DNA of 63,329 nt, counting the filler, from Octopus bimaculoides (Eukaryota), in assembly GCF_001194135.2 (NCBI RefSeq). It is 4 parts of 3 records of this genome, joined end to end, with 100 filler letters (N's around TTAATTAATTAA, not from the genome) between each part and the next. Parts side by side here need not be neighbours in the genome. Positions count along the whole stretch, not along the records: positions 44,056 to 62,187 come from NC_068992.1; positions 62,288 to 63,329 come from NC_068983.1; 2 more parts are not named here. The stretch is one strand, 5' to 3'. A program made the position numbers and the translations under genes. The notes under the pieces are model-generated. The model was not told where the DNA came from. It made no database searches and saw only the letters and a program-made list of their open reading frames with translations. Shown here piece after piece: positions 49,748 to 62,344 of this stretch (the stretch's first letter is position 1; the number at the start of each line of letters is the position of its first letter).

Positions 49748-50727
49748 TGCGAACCAGCTGCCGGGACAGTGTTTCAAATGTAAAATTGGTCAATCCACCG
49801 CTATATTTAGTGGCTATATAAGCAATGAGTTTGTGGATGGTTAATGGGTTGGATGTGGTGCCGATGGAAGAGCAATAACTTCTGAATTATGGCATATACG
49901 CCCATTACCCATTTCTGCATCTTCGATCAGATTGTTGTTTATATTAGGCGTGCCCCGATACGAAACGTCGTAACAAATGAGTGCCTTGTTATGACATCTA
50001 TAGGAAATCTGTAGAGATAAACTTAACAAATAATGTCCCGTGTTTAGAGTATTATGAATGAAAGAAAATTTGGTGAGGAAATATTTTGATATATTCTACA
50101 CAACATCCACATCCGCATACATAGAAATATGAATGCCGAACCTGGAACAAAAGGTGCAAGCCATTATTTCTAAAACTGACACGTGCCTCCCTAATTTTTC
50201 CATCCCTCTGCCTCTACCTCTCTTCTCTCTCTCCACGTGACCGGTTTTCGGCCAAGCCTTTCTTTCTCGGTTCGACTACCATCCATGCAACATCTGTATT
50301 GCTCACCATGCCTGTCATCTCTTATGTTCCTGTTGTAAGGCTTCACTTCTACACACGCCAGCTTAATTTAATTCTTCCTTAGTCGAAAGACACCTGTTGT
50401 TAATGTCCTGTTATTTGCATTTGTATTTGTGTACCATTTCTCCGTTTCTTTTTCGTCCTTGTTTTCGTATACATTCGCTGCTTTCTTCCAAGGAATCTAG
50501 TGCTCTTAGCTTAGTTTTTCCTTGGGGCTGGCCAGATTGAAACAATCTCAGGTATAACCAGCCGAAATTGTAAANNNNNNNNNNNNNNNNNNNNNNNNNN
50601 NNNNNNNNNNNNNNNNNNNNNNNNNNNNNNNNNNNNNNNNNNNNNNNNNNNNNNNNNNNNNNNNNNNNNNNNNNNNNNNNNNNNNNNNNNNNNNNNNNNN
50701 NNNNNNNNNNNNNNNNNNNNNNNNNNA

Positions 50728-50802
<75 letters not shown>

Positions 50803-50855
50803 GCATATATATATGTGTATGTGTGTGTGTACGTATATGGATGAATGCTTATATA

Positions 50856-51705
50856 CAGCGTGCGATGGGTAAATTGTTGGCATTGTTTGTATTTTGTCGA
50901 CCACAGTATAGAATGGTCAGTTGGGCTTCATCTGTGAGAAAAACAGCACCATGACGCAATTGAATCTGCCAGAAATTTGGAAACGACATGCTTTACTGCT
51001 TTGCATTCATAGCAGAAACTCCAATACGAACATTTCAGAGTGTTTGGGTGCCAATTTGAGGACAGTGCAATCAGATGACATGTACCGAGAGCGATAAAAA
51101 TCAAACATCCAGTCAACATCATGATGGTTAGAGTGATCATTAGTGAAGGTGACATACCTCCATTTGTCTTCCCACACGGTCGGAGATGCAACACGGAGAC
51201 CTACATCAAATGCGTAGAGGAGGTAGCGCTAGTCTGGATTAAAGGGGTGGCTGCTGGAAGACATTTTTCTGGCAACAAGAGTCTAAACTAGGCCACACAA
51301 GCAGGAGAAACCAGTCATGGCTATAAAACTATTTCTACGATCCCATCACCCCTAACATCCTACTACCTAACTCCCCAAACTGCCACCCTCTTGATTAGTA
51401 TGAGTGAGACGCAATTGAGCTCGAGATCAACAAAACTCCTTGTAACACCAAAGTTGAACTGAAGGCAAAGATTTTGGCAGGATTCACCAACTTAAACAAG
51501 GAGACCGTCCAGAAGAGTTGCAAGAGATTCAGAACTCGTCTGGAGGCCATGGTTGAATCCAGTGGCGATTTTATTGAATACATTTTCTCTTTAGTATTCA
51601 AAGGGTATTGTTATGTAATCTTAGTAAATATATTTGTTAAAATGAGATATCAGTGTTATCTTCAGTTTTGCCTAATTTAGATGACATGTTATTCACCGCA
51701 TCCTG
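50856..51705 (+). mobile_element. Internally deleted DD37D (maT/mori-type) Tc1/mariner transposon with both TIRs
   Basis: TA-flanked TIRs cagcgtgcgatgg.taa and the reverse complement caggatgcggtgaataa. The N-terminus MTQLNLPEIWKRHA starts at 50951. The catalytic region reads WQQ(E)SKLGHTSRRNQSWL*NYFYDPITPNILLPNSPNCHPL(D), with 37 residues between the acidic positions, and ends KRFRTRLEAMVESSGDFIE. Confidence 0.9.
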
Positions 51706-51753
51706 TATATATACATAAATTTAAATATGTATACATACATACATATACACTCC

Positions 51754-51813
<60 letters not shown>

Positions 51814-52454
51814 NNNNNNNNNNNNNNNNNNNNNNNNNNNNNNNNNNNNNNNNNNNNNNNNNNNNNNNNNNNNNNNNNNNNNNNNNNNNNNNNNNTGTGT
51901 GTGTGTGTGTGTGTGTGTGTGTATGCATTAGATTGTATACATGTATATTTGCATACTTTGCCAAAAATGTATATTTCAAATTCATAATTTTAGAAAAGTC
52001 TTTACACTTTACATCTAAATTTATGAATTTATACCAAAATTGCTCGTAATTACTGTCGAGAAAATATTGACAAAGAAACCATCAGGTTATTTGAAATACT
52101 AATTACTAGTTCTGTTAATTAAATATTAAGCAATTAATGAATCAAATCAATTTATTAGGCTTTGAAATTTATATCAATTTAGCAACACATGATATGAAAA
52201 CAGTGGCTAAATATCTAGTTCATACTGTTGATGAAATACATTTCAAAAGTCTACAATTGCATAAATAGAGGAAATCATGTTCCGTTATAGAATTCATAAC
52301 ATACGTTATATTTGTTTATTTGATCATAATAATTTGTTCAGTATTAGACAAATCTATCAGGTATTGATCTTCTTTTAGATAATCATATCCGATGTATCTA
52401 TTTCGAGGTATATTGCCTTACCTCCATGTAAATAGATTTCTTTATTTTATAGAC

Positions 52455-52680
52455 CCATTAAGGCGACGAGCAGACAGATTAATTAACCCATCAGAATATA
52501 TACATAGCAGCTGTATATCCGGTTTTACGTTGTGAGTTCAAATTTCGCCGAGGGCGACTTTGTCTTTCATTCAATCAAGATCGAGAAAATTAGCTGAGTA
52601 CTGGCGGTCGATGAAATCGGCTAGGCTTCCACTCTACCAAATTCTCAGGCTTTGTGCCTATAGTAGAAAGAGTCTCGTTA
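52455..52680 (+). mobile_element. SINE family B copy
   Basis: ttaaggcgacgagc...gagttcaaatttcgccgagggcgactttgtctttcatt...gtgcctatagtagaaag. Confidence 0.75.
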
Positions 52681-53724
52681 TAGACATATATTTGAGATAC
52701 AGACTCGAATATGTATGCTTAATTGTAAGACAGGAGATGTGAGCCAGGTAAATGGCACGATAGGGCATGTAATAATCCTAATACGTAGTTATTACTAAAT
52801 TTCCAGTGTTTCTTTACGGATACTTCAAACTGAAACATTATGACAAATGGTTTAATTGTAGTGAATTAACTCGGTTGGTAGACCTGACAGAAATAGTTCC
52901 GAAATATTGAAGAGACATATGATGTAATTCGTTTCAACCATAATCGCTATTAGAATTGTGCACAAGGGACATCATTAAGCAATATATATTTAAGTATTTA
53001 AAATAATAGTATGTGATATAACAGTGATTTAGCTGTTACTTCTCATAGGTCGAGGCACTTTGTAAAGTCTTGTTCGTTGGCGAGATTCAAAGTTAATTGC
53101 ATTTAGTATTGGAATTCTTTATCTTAAATTCCATTCTTGTAAGTCATTTTTCTATCTACTACATTTTTAAAACCTTTTTTGTATGAAAACTAGGGTATTT
53201 ATTTAGGGTATTTTATATTTATTTTTATACGCACCACTTTTTTTATTCTGCTTTGATGCTCTGCTTGCAAGTTATCAGGCCCTTCATCTCAGATCTAGCG
53301 GATCAATTCTAGTTTTGCGCTGAAATGCACAGGGTATTGTAAATAGCGATGTTCTATATTTTCTCCGAAAAATATTCCATTTCTTCAGATTTGCATTTCA
53401 GAATTCTTGCTCCAGATATCAGCAATTTATTCGTTGAAGTGTGAAATATCATTCCATGCGTGTAAGAGTATTATTATCGGCGAAGCAAATTATACAAATA
53501 ATAAAAACAGCAACGGTAACAACAACAACACCAATAATAAGGCCATATATTTGAGGTAAAATATTTGGCAAGAGATGGCGGTAAAGGGGTGGAAAAAAAT
53601 TATTCTCGGCAGAAACATATTCTATCAATCCCAGAAGGATACGAAACAAATGTAAAGTTGATCTCAACGATATTTAGACCCGCTACGAGAATGAAAGGAA
53701 CTAAGTAACAGAAAGCCTATTGTC

Positions 53725-53744
53725 CAATAATGATAATAATAATA

Positions 53745-53795
<51 letters not shown>
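53725..53795. repeat. (AAT)n microsatellite
   Basis: Seen directly. Confidence 0.95.
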
Positions 53796-53807
<12 letters not shown>

Positions 53808-54355
53808 TCCCTAATGCTGTACCATGCAGTGGTTCTGATGGCTTCTCATCTTAACTGATTTGAAGTGTTATGTACATGGTCTGTCCTGGTACAGAAGATA
53901 AGCTACAGTAAATATTCTGCTCAATACCATAGATTTGTTTGTCAGTTGCTAGACCTTCACCAGTTGGGCTTGTCTCTTAGTGACTGAGCATACTTGCATC
54001 ACGGATCACGAACAGAAGTAGCCGGGGAACATCATAAAACACATGTTGAGAGGAATTCTTTGTTTGAATAATTCCTCTCCGGAAACAGAAGTGTTTCGTC
54101 TATCATTTTTAAACATACCTTATTCAGGGACTTTTTTTCGGCAAGATGGGCTACTTGACACGAAGAAAATTGTAACTAGGCCCCTACATGCACAGTCATG
54201 CGCTGTTTATTTTGATGAGATCACCATGTTGCGCACATATGATTGAGATGCATGTGTTTGGTGTACCCTTATCACACAGGACGTCATGATGGGTACAATG
54301 GGTTTCGCATATTTTTAGCCAATGTCAAGTGATGGCATGTTTTGCTCTATCACTA
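53796..54355 (+). mobile_element. Family D SINE-like repeat, longer diverged copy starting at an (AAT)n tract
   Basis: Aligns with 1-410 over about 400 bp and extends about 150 bp further 5'. Confidence 0.7.
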
Positions 54356-54903
54356 AACAAGAATGATAGTTTCCAATTTTGGCGTAAGACCAGCATTTTT
54401 AAAAGAGAAAATGAGTCGACTACATCATTCCCAGTGCTCTAATGCACTCATTTTATTGACACCGAATTGTTAAAAAACGAATCTGATCTCGGCGGAAATT
54501 TTGAACTCAGTTCGTGAAGAATAAGAAGAAAAACCGCTAAGCATTTTGTATAGTGCGCTAAACATTATACCAACTCATCGCCCTAATAAAGCACGAGTGC
54601 GTATGATCTCAAACCTAAGTAGATATATGCCGCTAATAAGTGGGAAATATTAGAAAATATGTGTCATGATGGGGAATATATAAGTGACAGGAATTTTATA
54701 AAATGAATGTTTTATATAAGATAGCAAAAAATGTCTCACAACGCGGTCGCACGGGTAATGAAAAACTAAAGTGACAAACACAGACGGATTGAGTGAGATT
54801 AAGAGATGTTGAATCTAGGTGAGCTGTAATGCTACAGTTTCTTCAAATGTAGTTGTGATTAAATCGAAATGGAACTTCAAATTTTCCTTGAAAATTTAAT
54901 TTC

Positions 54904-55090
54904 ATACAGTTCTATATTTAAGAGATGAGGAATTATGTACATTATTTACATTATTTACGTTTGACGGATATTTGTGCCCATCTTGTTGTTAACACAACGT
55001 TTAGGCTGATATACACTCCAGCCTTCATCAGGTATCTTGTGGAAATTTAGAACCTGGGTTCTCATTCCTAAAGTATTTTTCGATGCTATT
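54904..55090 (-). mobile_element. Penelope-type pseudo-LTR remnant next to an (ATT)n tract
   Basis: Contains a minimal hammerhead motif and abuts a microsatellite and gap. Confidence 0.6.
54991..55036 (-). ncRNA. Minimal type I hammerhead ribozyme, G12-to-U mutant (probably inactive)
   Basis: The reverse complement reads gatac-CTGATGA-aggctg gagtgtatat cagcc-TAAAC-GTT-gtgtt. Stem II is ggctg/cagcc, stem III is the palindrome ACGT and stem I is gatac/gtgtt. Confidence 0.65.
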
Positions 55091-55456
55091 ATTATTATTN
55101 NNNNNNNNNNNNNNNNNNNNNNNNNNNNNNNNNNNNNNNNNNNNNNNNNNNNNNNNNNNNNNNNNNNNNNNNNNNNNNNNNNNNNNNNNNNNNNNNNNNA
55201 CGAACCAACCAACCAGCCAGCCAACCAAACAGCTAACCAACCAATCAACCAAAGAATGAACCAACCGGCATTTATATAGAAATGTTCCCTTTTGTTCCTA
55301 CGAAGCAAAATTCCCAGGTGTATATTAATGATTCCACGGGACAAACAGGTAACTTATGAGTTGATAATGTATTCAGGATTCATGACTGCTTAATGCATGT
55401 ATATGTAAGAGAAATCACGTAAAAAACGAAATTTGGTTAAGCGTGTGATATTTTAG

Positions 55457-56113
55457 GGATCTATTTTAAAACGGGGGCGCCAGTATTTTCTTAACGAAAC
55501 ACTAACGAAACACTTTGAAACTTGGGACACTGGTAGAATGTGTCATATAAAACATATTTTACTCTTAGTCTTCTTAACAAAAAAAAGAAGGAATTCGCAA
55601 GTTATTCCATGTTAAAGTTGTCGTATTTCTGTAATTTCAACCAATCACTGACGTCTATTCAGCTCAATAGAGTTACTGCTGGGCGGTCATAAAAATGTTA
55701 TTCCCTGTGACATATTTCATCCGGTTTAATCGTAATTTATACGCATATATTGTGTATATAATATATTACGCTGTGCGTATCTATGTGTGTAACAATTTTA
55801 GAGTTCGGATTCTAGAGTTAGGGTTAGTTTTAGGGTTAGTGTTAGGGTTAACAGTCTAGTTAGGGTTAGGGTTAGGGGATTAATACGATATACACCGTTA
55901 CAGCGCTAACTGTTTTCACCTGAATAGACGTCAGTGATTAGTAAAATTATCGAAATAAGACAATTTTGTACATGAAATAAATTCGAATACAAAATTATTT
56001 TTCTGTTCTATAACACAAAATAGATAAGTATACGAAGTTTGAAAGTCTTTCCGTACCAAAAACACTACATAAAACATAAATGAAAACTGGCGTCCCCGTT
56101 TTAAAATAGATCC
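55457..56113. mobile_element. 657-bp MITE with 28-bp TIRs, 8-bp TSD, internal inverted repeat and TTAGGG repeats
   Basis: TIR ggatctattttaaaacgggg(g/a)cgccagt. The TSD tattttag lies at 55449-55456 and 56114-56121. An internal IR contains aatcactgacgtctattcag. Degenerate (TTAGGG)n runs from about 55815 to 55878. Confidence 0.9.
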
Positions 56114-56659
56114 TATTTTAGTGGAATGGTGATTATGTTTCGTGAAAATGTATTTGATAGGCTCCGGTATGTGAAAACAATTTTCCCTGAATCTGTACTT
56201 TATAAGGCTATAATATAAAGTGAAAGCGTGTTTATAATGCGTTCTGTGTGTCATAGCGTTATTTTCTATTCTTCAACAGGCTGATCTTCATCAGGCTTCA
56301 TGGACAATGAGAGAAGTTGCATTCATTCTCGTCTTCCATTTCTAAGTGATAGATGTTTCATGGTTGGTGAGTTTCTTACGATACAATACCTCAATATACA
56401 TCCTTGAAAGTCTTCCATAACTTTCAATTTCTTTGCATTCCTGGTTCCTGTAACATCGATTATCATTAGCTCAGTTTTGGTTCAATTTATTGTTGTAGAA
56501 ATTGTCAATGCAAGAAACCATTAGATGCAAGAGCATATTAACGGCCCTCGACAATATAAAGCCTTCGTAATAAACACACAACATCGATTTATGATTATCA
56601 TTATTGTTATTGTTGTTGTTGTTGTTGTTGTTATTATTATCATTATTATTATTATTATT

Positions 56660-57390
56660 ATTAAGCCGATCTGACAGAATCGTTAGCACGCCGGACAAAA
56701 CAATTAGTGGCGTTTCGCCAGTCTTCTCGTTCTGAGACGAAATTCCGTCAAGAACGATATTGCCTTTCATTCATTCAATAAAATGTAAGTACAAGTTCAA
56801 CACTGGAGTCGATGTAATCGAATTCCTTAAAACCTGATGTTGCTGTCCTTGTGACTAAATTTGAAGCTATGTTTATTATTCAGACGAGTTGGCAGATTCG
56901 TTAGCGAGCCGGACAAAAGTATTGAGGTATTTCGCCCGTTCTTGCGTCATGAGTTCACAATTCGTCGAGGTTGACTTCATTTTTAATCTGTCAGCAAGGC
57001 AGAGAAAATTGCATTAAGTCTTGGGATTAAGTTCGGGGATAAAATGCCGCTGAGGTCGACTTTGCCTTTTATGCTTTCGGGGTCGGTAGGATAAATGTTA
57101 GTAGATGACTGGGGTTGATTTGATCGACAAGTCTTCATTACCCACTTCCTCAAACTGTCTGCTATTGTGCCAAAATTAGACAGAATTATAATATTAATCC
57201 TTTCTATTATAGGCACAATGCCTGAAATTTGGAGGAGGGAGTAAGTCGATAACATCGACCCCAGTGCGTAAATGATACTTAATTAATCGAGCACGAAAGG
57301 ATGAAAGGGGAAGTCGACCTCGGCGGAATTTGAACTCAGAACGTAGTAGCAGACGAAATACCACTAAGCATCTTGCCCGGTGAAATGTTG

Positions 57391-57434
<44 letters not shown>

Positions 57435-57443
57435 GTTATTGTT

Positions 57444-57485
<42 letters not shown>

Positions 57486-57505
57486 GCTGCTGCTGCTGCT
57501 GCTGC

Positions 57506-57554
<49 letters not shown>

Positions 57555-57965
57555 GNNNNNNNNNNTCGGCATTTCGTCTGCCGCTATGTCCTGAGTTCAA
57601 ATTCCGCCGAGGTCGACTCTGCCTTTTATCTTTTCTGGGTTAATTACGTAAGTACCAGTGAAACACTAGAGTTGATGTAATCAACTTATGCCCCACCCAA
57701 ATTTTAGGCCGTGTGTCTATAGTAGAAAAGATTATCATTATTATTATTGTTGTTGTTGTTATTATTATTATTATTATTACTATTATTATTATTAGCGGTA
57801 TTTCGCCCGTTGTTACATTCTGAGCGCAAATTCCGCCGAGATCGACTTTGCCTTTCATCTTTCGGGTTCGATAAATTAAGTGCCAATGAATCCCTGGGGT
57901 CGATGTGATCGAATAGTCCCCTCCCAACAAATTTGAGGCCTTGTGCCTCCAGTAGAAAAAACTAT
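56660..57965. mobile_element. Dense cluster of about 6-7 SINE family B copies in both orientations with trinucleotide tracts
   Basis: Repeated ccgccgaggtcgactttgcctttcatc motifs. A minus copy at about 57200-57385 and plus copies at about 57566-57740 and 57795-57965 flank a (TTG/TTA/CTG)n tract. Confidence 0.85.
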
Positions 57966-57989
57966 TATTATTATTTAAAAAAATATATA

Positions 57990-58975
57990 TATATAGTCCG
58001 TTGTCTTCTGCTGTACTAGGGTCATCCCTTGATTCTAGGGTCACAGTAGGTCCTCATCTCATGGAAAGTACACGGCGTAAAATGTGTGTAGAACCTAGCA
58101 ACACTACTTTCTGAAGTTCTCCCATGTCAACTCTGCAAAGGAGTTTGTTGAGCTGCGTATCAAGGCCCTTTTTAATTAGCCCTAACCCTCCAATCACCAC
58201 TGGTGCTGTGCTGCTTTTCATTACCCACATCTTGGTTACTTCTATTTCTAGGTCTTTGTATTTTAATAATTTCTCAACTTCTTTAATGGACACATTTCTC
58301 TCTGATGGTACTGTCACATCTATCATTAAGCATTTCTTATTCTTCCCATCTTTGATGATTATGTCCATCCTGTTTGCCTTGATTTTTTTATCGGTGTTGA
58401 TTGGCATGTCCCAGAGTACTGTTACATCATCTTTTCCGGTCACAGTTTCAGGTTAATGCTGGTACCATCCTTCTGAAGTTGGAAGCTGGTAGTGTTTATA
58501 TATCTTCCAATGGATATATTGCGCTACTCTATCGTGTCTATGAATATATTCGGTTTTTGCAAGCGCTGTGAATCCAGTTAAGATGTGGTCCACTGTTTCA
58601 TCCTTCTCATAACACACTCTGCACTTCGGGTTAGTGCCATCGTTCATTATTTTGCTGTGGTAAGCCCTGGTTGCCAAGCTTTGATCTTGTACTATGATAA
58701 AACCTTCGGTTTCAGCCTTCAGTCCTGAGAGCTTCATCTATACTTGAGTGTCTCGTTTACTACGTTTGGTTTGTTCACTCTACATGGCTATCGGTCATGC
58801 ATCGGTTTTTCGAACCATTCTTCTTTGCTCTTCTTCTGGGCTTGTTTTTCATTTCTTCCTTAACTCTTTTAGCAAACTAGGTTACTCTCTCACTCGCCTT
58901 CATCCTAGGTTCCTCCGTCATCACTTGTTTCTTAAACTGTACAGATTCTTTGTATACCGAGTAAAGCTTCTTTAT
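57990..58975 (-). mobile_element. 5'-truncated R4/Dong-like RLE LINE (copy 1 of stack 2)
   Basis: GLKAETEGFII.QDQSL.TR, CRVCYEKDETVDHIL (CCHC), RHDRVA, LWDMPINTD..IKANRMDII...IDVTVP...KE.EK..KYKDL and LQKVVLLGSTHILRRVL. Confidence 0.92.
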
Positions 58976-60965
58976 TTTATCATTCTTTTGCTTTGTATTT
59001 GTACAAGTTGGCTCCACGTCTCACCCAGAGACCTCTTGAGACAACAAGTTAGGAGTTCAAGTTGGTGTTATGCCTAGGGTGCCATATATTTGGTTTTGCA
59101 CAAAGTATTGTTCTAGAGAATATTTAAGAAAACATAAGACAATTATGAGTTTGTTTTAAAATTTGAGATTACATAGACAATATTTTACGTAGAATATGGG
59201 AAGTTCTCATGAGCACTTTTGAATTTCTGCCATTTTTGGGTCTCCTGGTATCTGAGCTCGGTAGCAATCAGCCCCTTTTGATATCATTCCTAGGGTACCT
59301 ATGACAACAGGTATTGATTTAGTCTTCAGGTTCCACATTTTGCCAATTTCTGTTTCAAGATCTTTATACTTGCCCAGTTTTTGGTAGGTCTTGACGGATA
59401 CGTTTATATCGATTGGGACAGTCATATCAATGAGGAGGTATGATTTTTATTTAAAGTCTTTTAATATAATGTCTGGGCTATTCGCATCTATCTTTCTGTC
59501 AGTTAAAATGGTGAAGTTCCAGAGTGAGATGTGATCATTTTGAAGCACCGGAGCTGGTTTGTGTTCTCACCAATTTTTATCATAGGGCAGGTTCAGGCTT
59601 TTGTAAATTACCCAGTGAATATAACGTACTGCTCTATCATGCCTGTTGAGATACTCTGTAGACACAGAAGACTAACACATGGAGATAACATAATCAATTG
59701 TTTCATTTTGTTGTTTGTATACACGGCATGTTGGGAAGCTGCCGTTCTTTAATATGTTGGCTTTGTATTTTCTTGTAGGTAGGTATTGTTCTTGGGCTGC
59801 TATGATAAACCCTTCTGTTTCTGATTTTAAGCCAAAAGCCATTAACCATTGATGCGTAAGGGCTTTGTCAACATCGGCATTATTCGCTCTCTTAGGGTAT
59901 TTGTCATTGAGAGGGGTTTTTTGCCGCTTATCAGTCAGAATATCTCAGGCAGCAGTTTTGGCATAGGTTTTCATGCGATTAGCGTTTTCTGTGCTTGTTT
60001 CTTGTACGTCTGATTCTGGAATTTGTTGTATTTGGAGTTCACTTAGATATTCCTTTGTCTGTTTTGTTACTGAGTATGATGCTTTCTTGTTTTCTTGTTT
60101 TGAGACAAGTTTTAACATCCAGTCCTCAGAGTTTTTGAGGTACGTGTCTAGGCCAATTGTGGCAATCTTTATTGTTAATGCCAGTTGTAAAAGTCCACGA
60201 CCTCCCTCTTTTCTTCGCAGATAAAGTCATTCTATATTTCCCTTAGGGTGGTGCATTCTATGCATTGTCAACAATTTTCATATTTTTCTGTCAAGATTAC
60301 ATATTTCAGTAATTGACCAGTTAATGATATTGAACCTAAGTCACAACTGTTATGGCTAAATTATTAATCGCTTGGATCCTGTTTATTACATTCAGTTCTA
60401 TCTTGAGTACTTCTCTTACCCTGCGATAACCTTCTCTTCTGAGCCTTTCCCTCATCACTGAATGTTTGATCCCATCCCCTTCAAATATCCCTATGTAGTT
60501 GTAGCTCTTCGCTGGTTCTAACACTTTTATGCCATTCTGCTGGTCAAGATAAACGTTAGAGGTTTCTGTCATTTTTCCTTTGATAAATATAGCTTTTGCA
60601 CATTTATCGAGCCTAGATTGAATCCTGATATCATCACTGAATTGTTTAACAATTGCTAGTAAGGCCTGTAGTTGTTGGTCAATTTTGCAAAGAGCTTTAA
60701 ATCATCCATGTAAATGAGATGATTTATATTTTTATCACACATTTTATAACCGCGCTGTACAACTTTGAGCAATTTCGAGAAAGTTATTAAGGCTAGACAA
60801 AAGAGGTGTGGTGATAGNNNNNNNNNNNNNNNNNNNTGACCATGCAAAATACAACAAGAAATTCTTACATCTCCAGCATTTAGAGATTCATTGTCACTGT
60901 TCAAAGTCAGTGAGTTTCTCCATGATCTCATACTTACAGACAAAAAATTTCGTAGAGTAGGTGCT
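58975..60965 (-). mobile_element. 5'-truncated R4/Dong-like RLE LINE (copy 2 of stack 2), RT to RLE
   Basis: LSPHLFCLAL and INHLIYMDDLKLF (RT), YNYIGI, and IDMTVP...KYKDLETEI.KMWNLKT..IPVVIGTLG (RLE). Confidence 0.92.
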
Positions 60966-61030
60966 AATTATGTTGTTGTTGTTCTTGTTCTTGTTCTTGT
61001 TCTTGTTCTTGTTCTTCTTCNNNNNNNNNN

Positions 61031-61297
61031 AAGAGCTTTAAATCATCCATGTAAATGAGATGATTTATATTTTTATCACACATTTTATAACCGCGCTGTA
61101 CAACTTTGAGCAATTTCGAGAAAGTTATTAAGGCTAGACAAAAGAGGTGTGGTGATAGCTAGTGACCATGCAAAATACAACAAGAAATTCTTACATCTCC
61201 AGCATTAAGAGATTCATTGTCACTGTTCAAAGTCAGTGAGTTTCTCCATGATCTCATACTTACAGACAAAAAATTTCGTAGAGTAGGTGCTACTTAT
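61031..61297 (-). repeat. Near-identical duplicate of 60691-60965 across an assembly gap
   Basis: Only a few differences, and it flanks a 10-N gap. Confidence 0.9.
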
Positions 61298-61368
61298 ATT
61301 GTTGTTGTTGTTGTTGTTCTTCTTCTTCTTCTTCTTCTTCTTCTTCTTTTTCTTCTTCTTCTTTTTCA

Positions 61369-61475
61369 GCGGCCACAACTGCTTAACCTCCTATGCTAAC
61401 CTGTCATACCTATCGACTTTTCCTTCTTCCTTATCGCATACCTTGTTGTCAGCTCTGTATGCTATACCTATTATC
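61369..61475 (-). mobile_element. Short R4-like RLE fragment homologous to 12850-12960
   Basis: ccacaactgcttaac...gctaacctgtcata...tcgacttt...atcgcataccttgttgtcagct is shared. Confidence 0.85.
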
Positions 61476-61654
61476 CATTATTCTATCGTAACACAGTATA
61501 GGTAAAAATGCACCTGGGTCTTTAGTCATCTATCAAGTCACAACACGGACCTCAGACAGATAATGCTTTCCTTAAAATGTGTGCTTTGCTCAGTAAGCCA
61601 GCTTGTTTGCAAGACATCAATCTTGCATTGGATTTCAAGTTGCCTTAAGAAGTC

Positions 61655-61729
<75 letters not shown>

Positions 61730-62145
61730 TACACTACTGTCTTAATATAAATGCTTAAAAAATATTTCTCAAATTACGTAATTCCTTATTAACAGCTTTT
61801 GGCAAAAACATGACAAAGAAAAGTAATTTTGATTCCCAAAGAAAATGTACTTTGTACACTATCAAATAAAATATATTTAATTAAAATCATGACAAGATAC
61901 AATAAATGTAATGAAAATAGTTCATTAAAATCCTGAAGGAATATTCAAAATTATTTGTTATCAAACATTGGAATTATAACCTTGCGTGGAAAAGAAAAGA
62001 AGGAAAGGAAATGTTTTAGCACTATCTTGATATGTCGAAAGTTCAATAAATAGCTCTGCTGATAAATGTTGATATGCAGTGCTTGTAATTTACACATTCA
62101 TACACACAGGCACACCCATAAATATTTATGTGTGTGCACCTACAC

Positions 62146-62187
<42 letters not shown>

Positions 62188-62310
62188 NNNNNNNNNNNNN
62201 NNNNNNNNNNNNNNNNNNNNNNNNNNNNNNNTTAATTAATTAANNNNNNNNNNNNNNNNNNNNNNNNNNNNNNNNNNNNNNNNNNNNATGGATATATGTA
62301 TTTATAAGTG

Positions 62311-62344
<34 letters not shown>

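Noticed and set aside
50140-50574. Possible pseudo-LTR-type interspersed repeat
   Set aside because: It looks repeat-like but has no second copy or diagnostic motif in this window and is cut by a gap, so I cannot support a family call.
56270-56460. CTGATGAAG motif (minus) and a possible PLE endonuclease tail
   Set aside because: No GAAAC or stem II follows, and the translation does not convincingly match GIY-YIG motifs.
60691-61297. Apparent tandem duplication of an RT segment
   Set aside because: The near-identical copies flank a 10-N gap and differ by few bases. They are most likely two haplotypes or an unmerged contig overlap.
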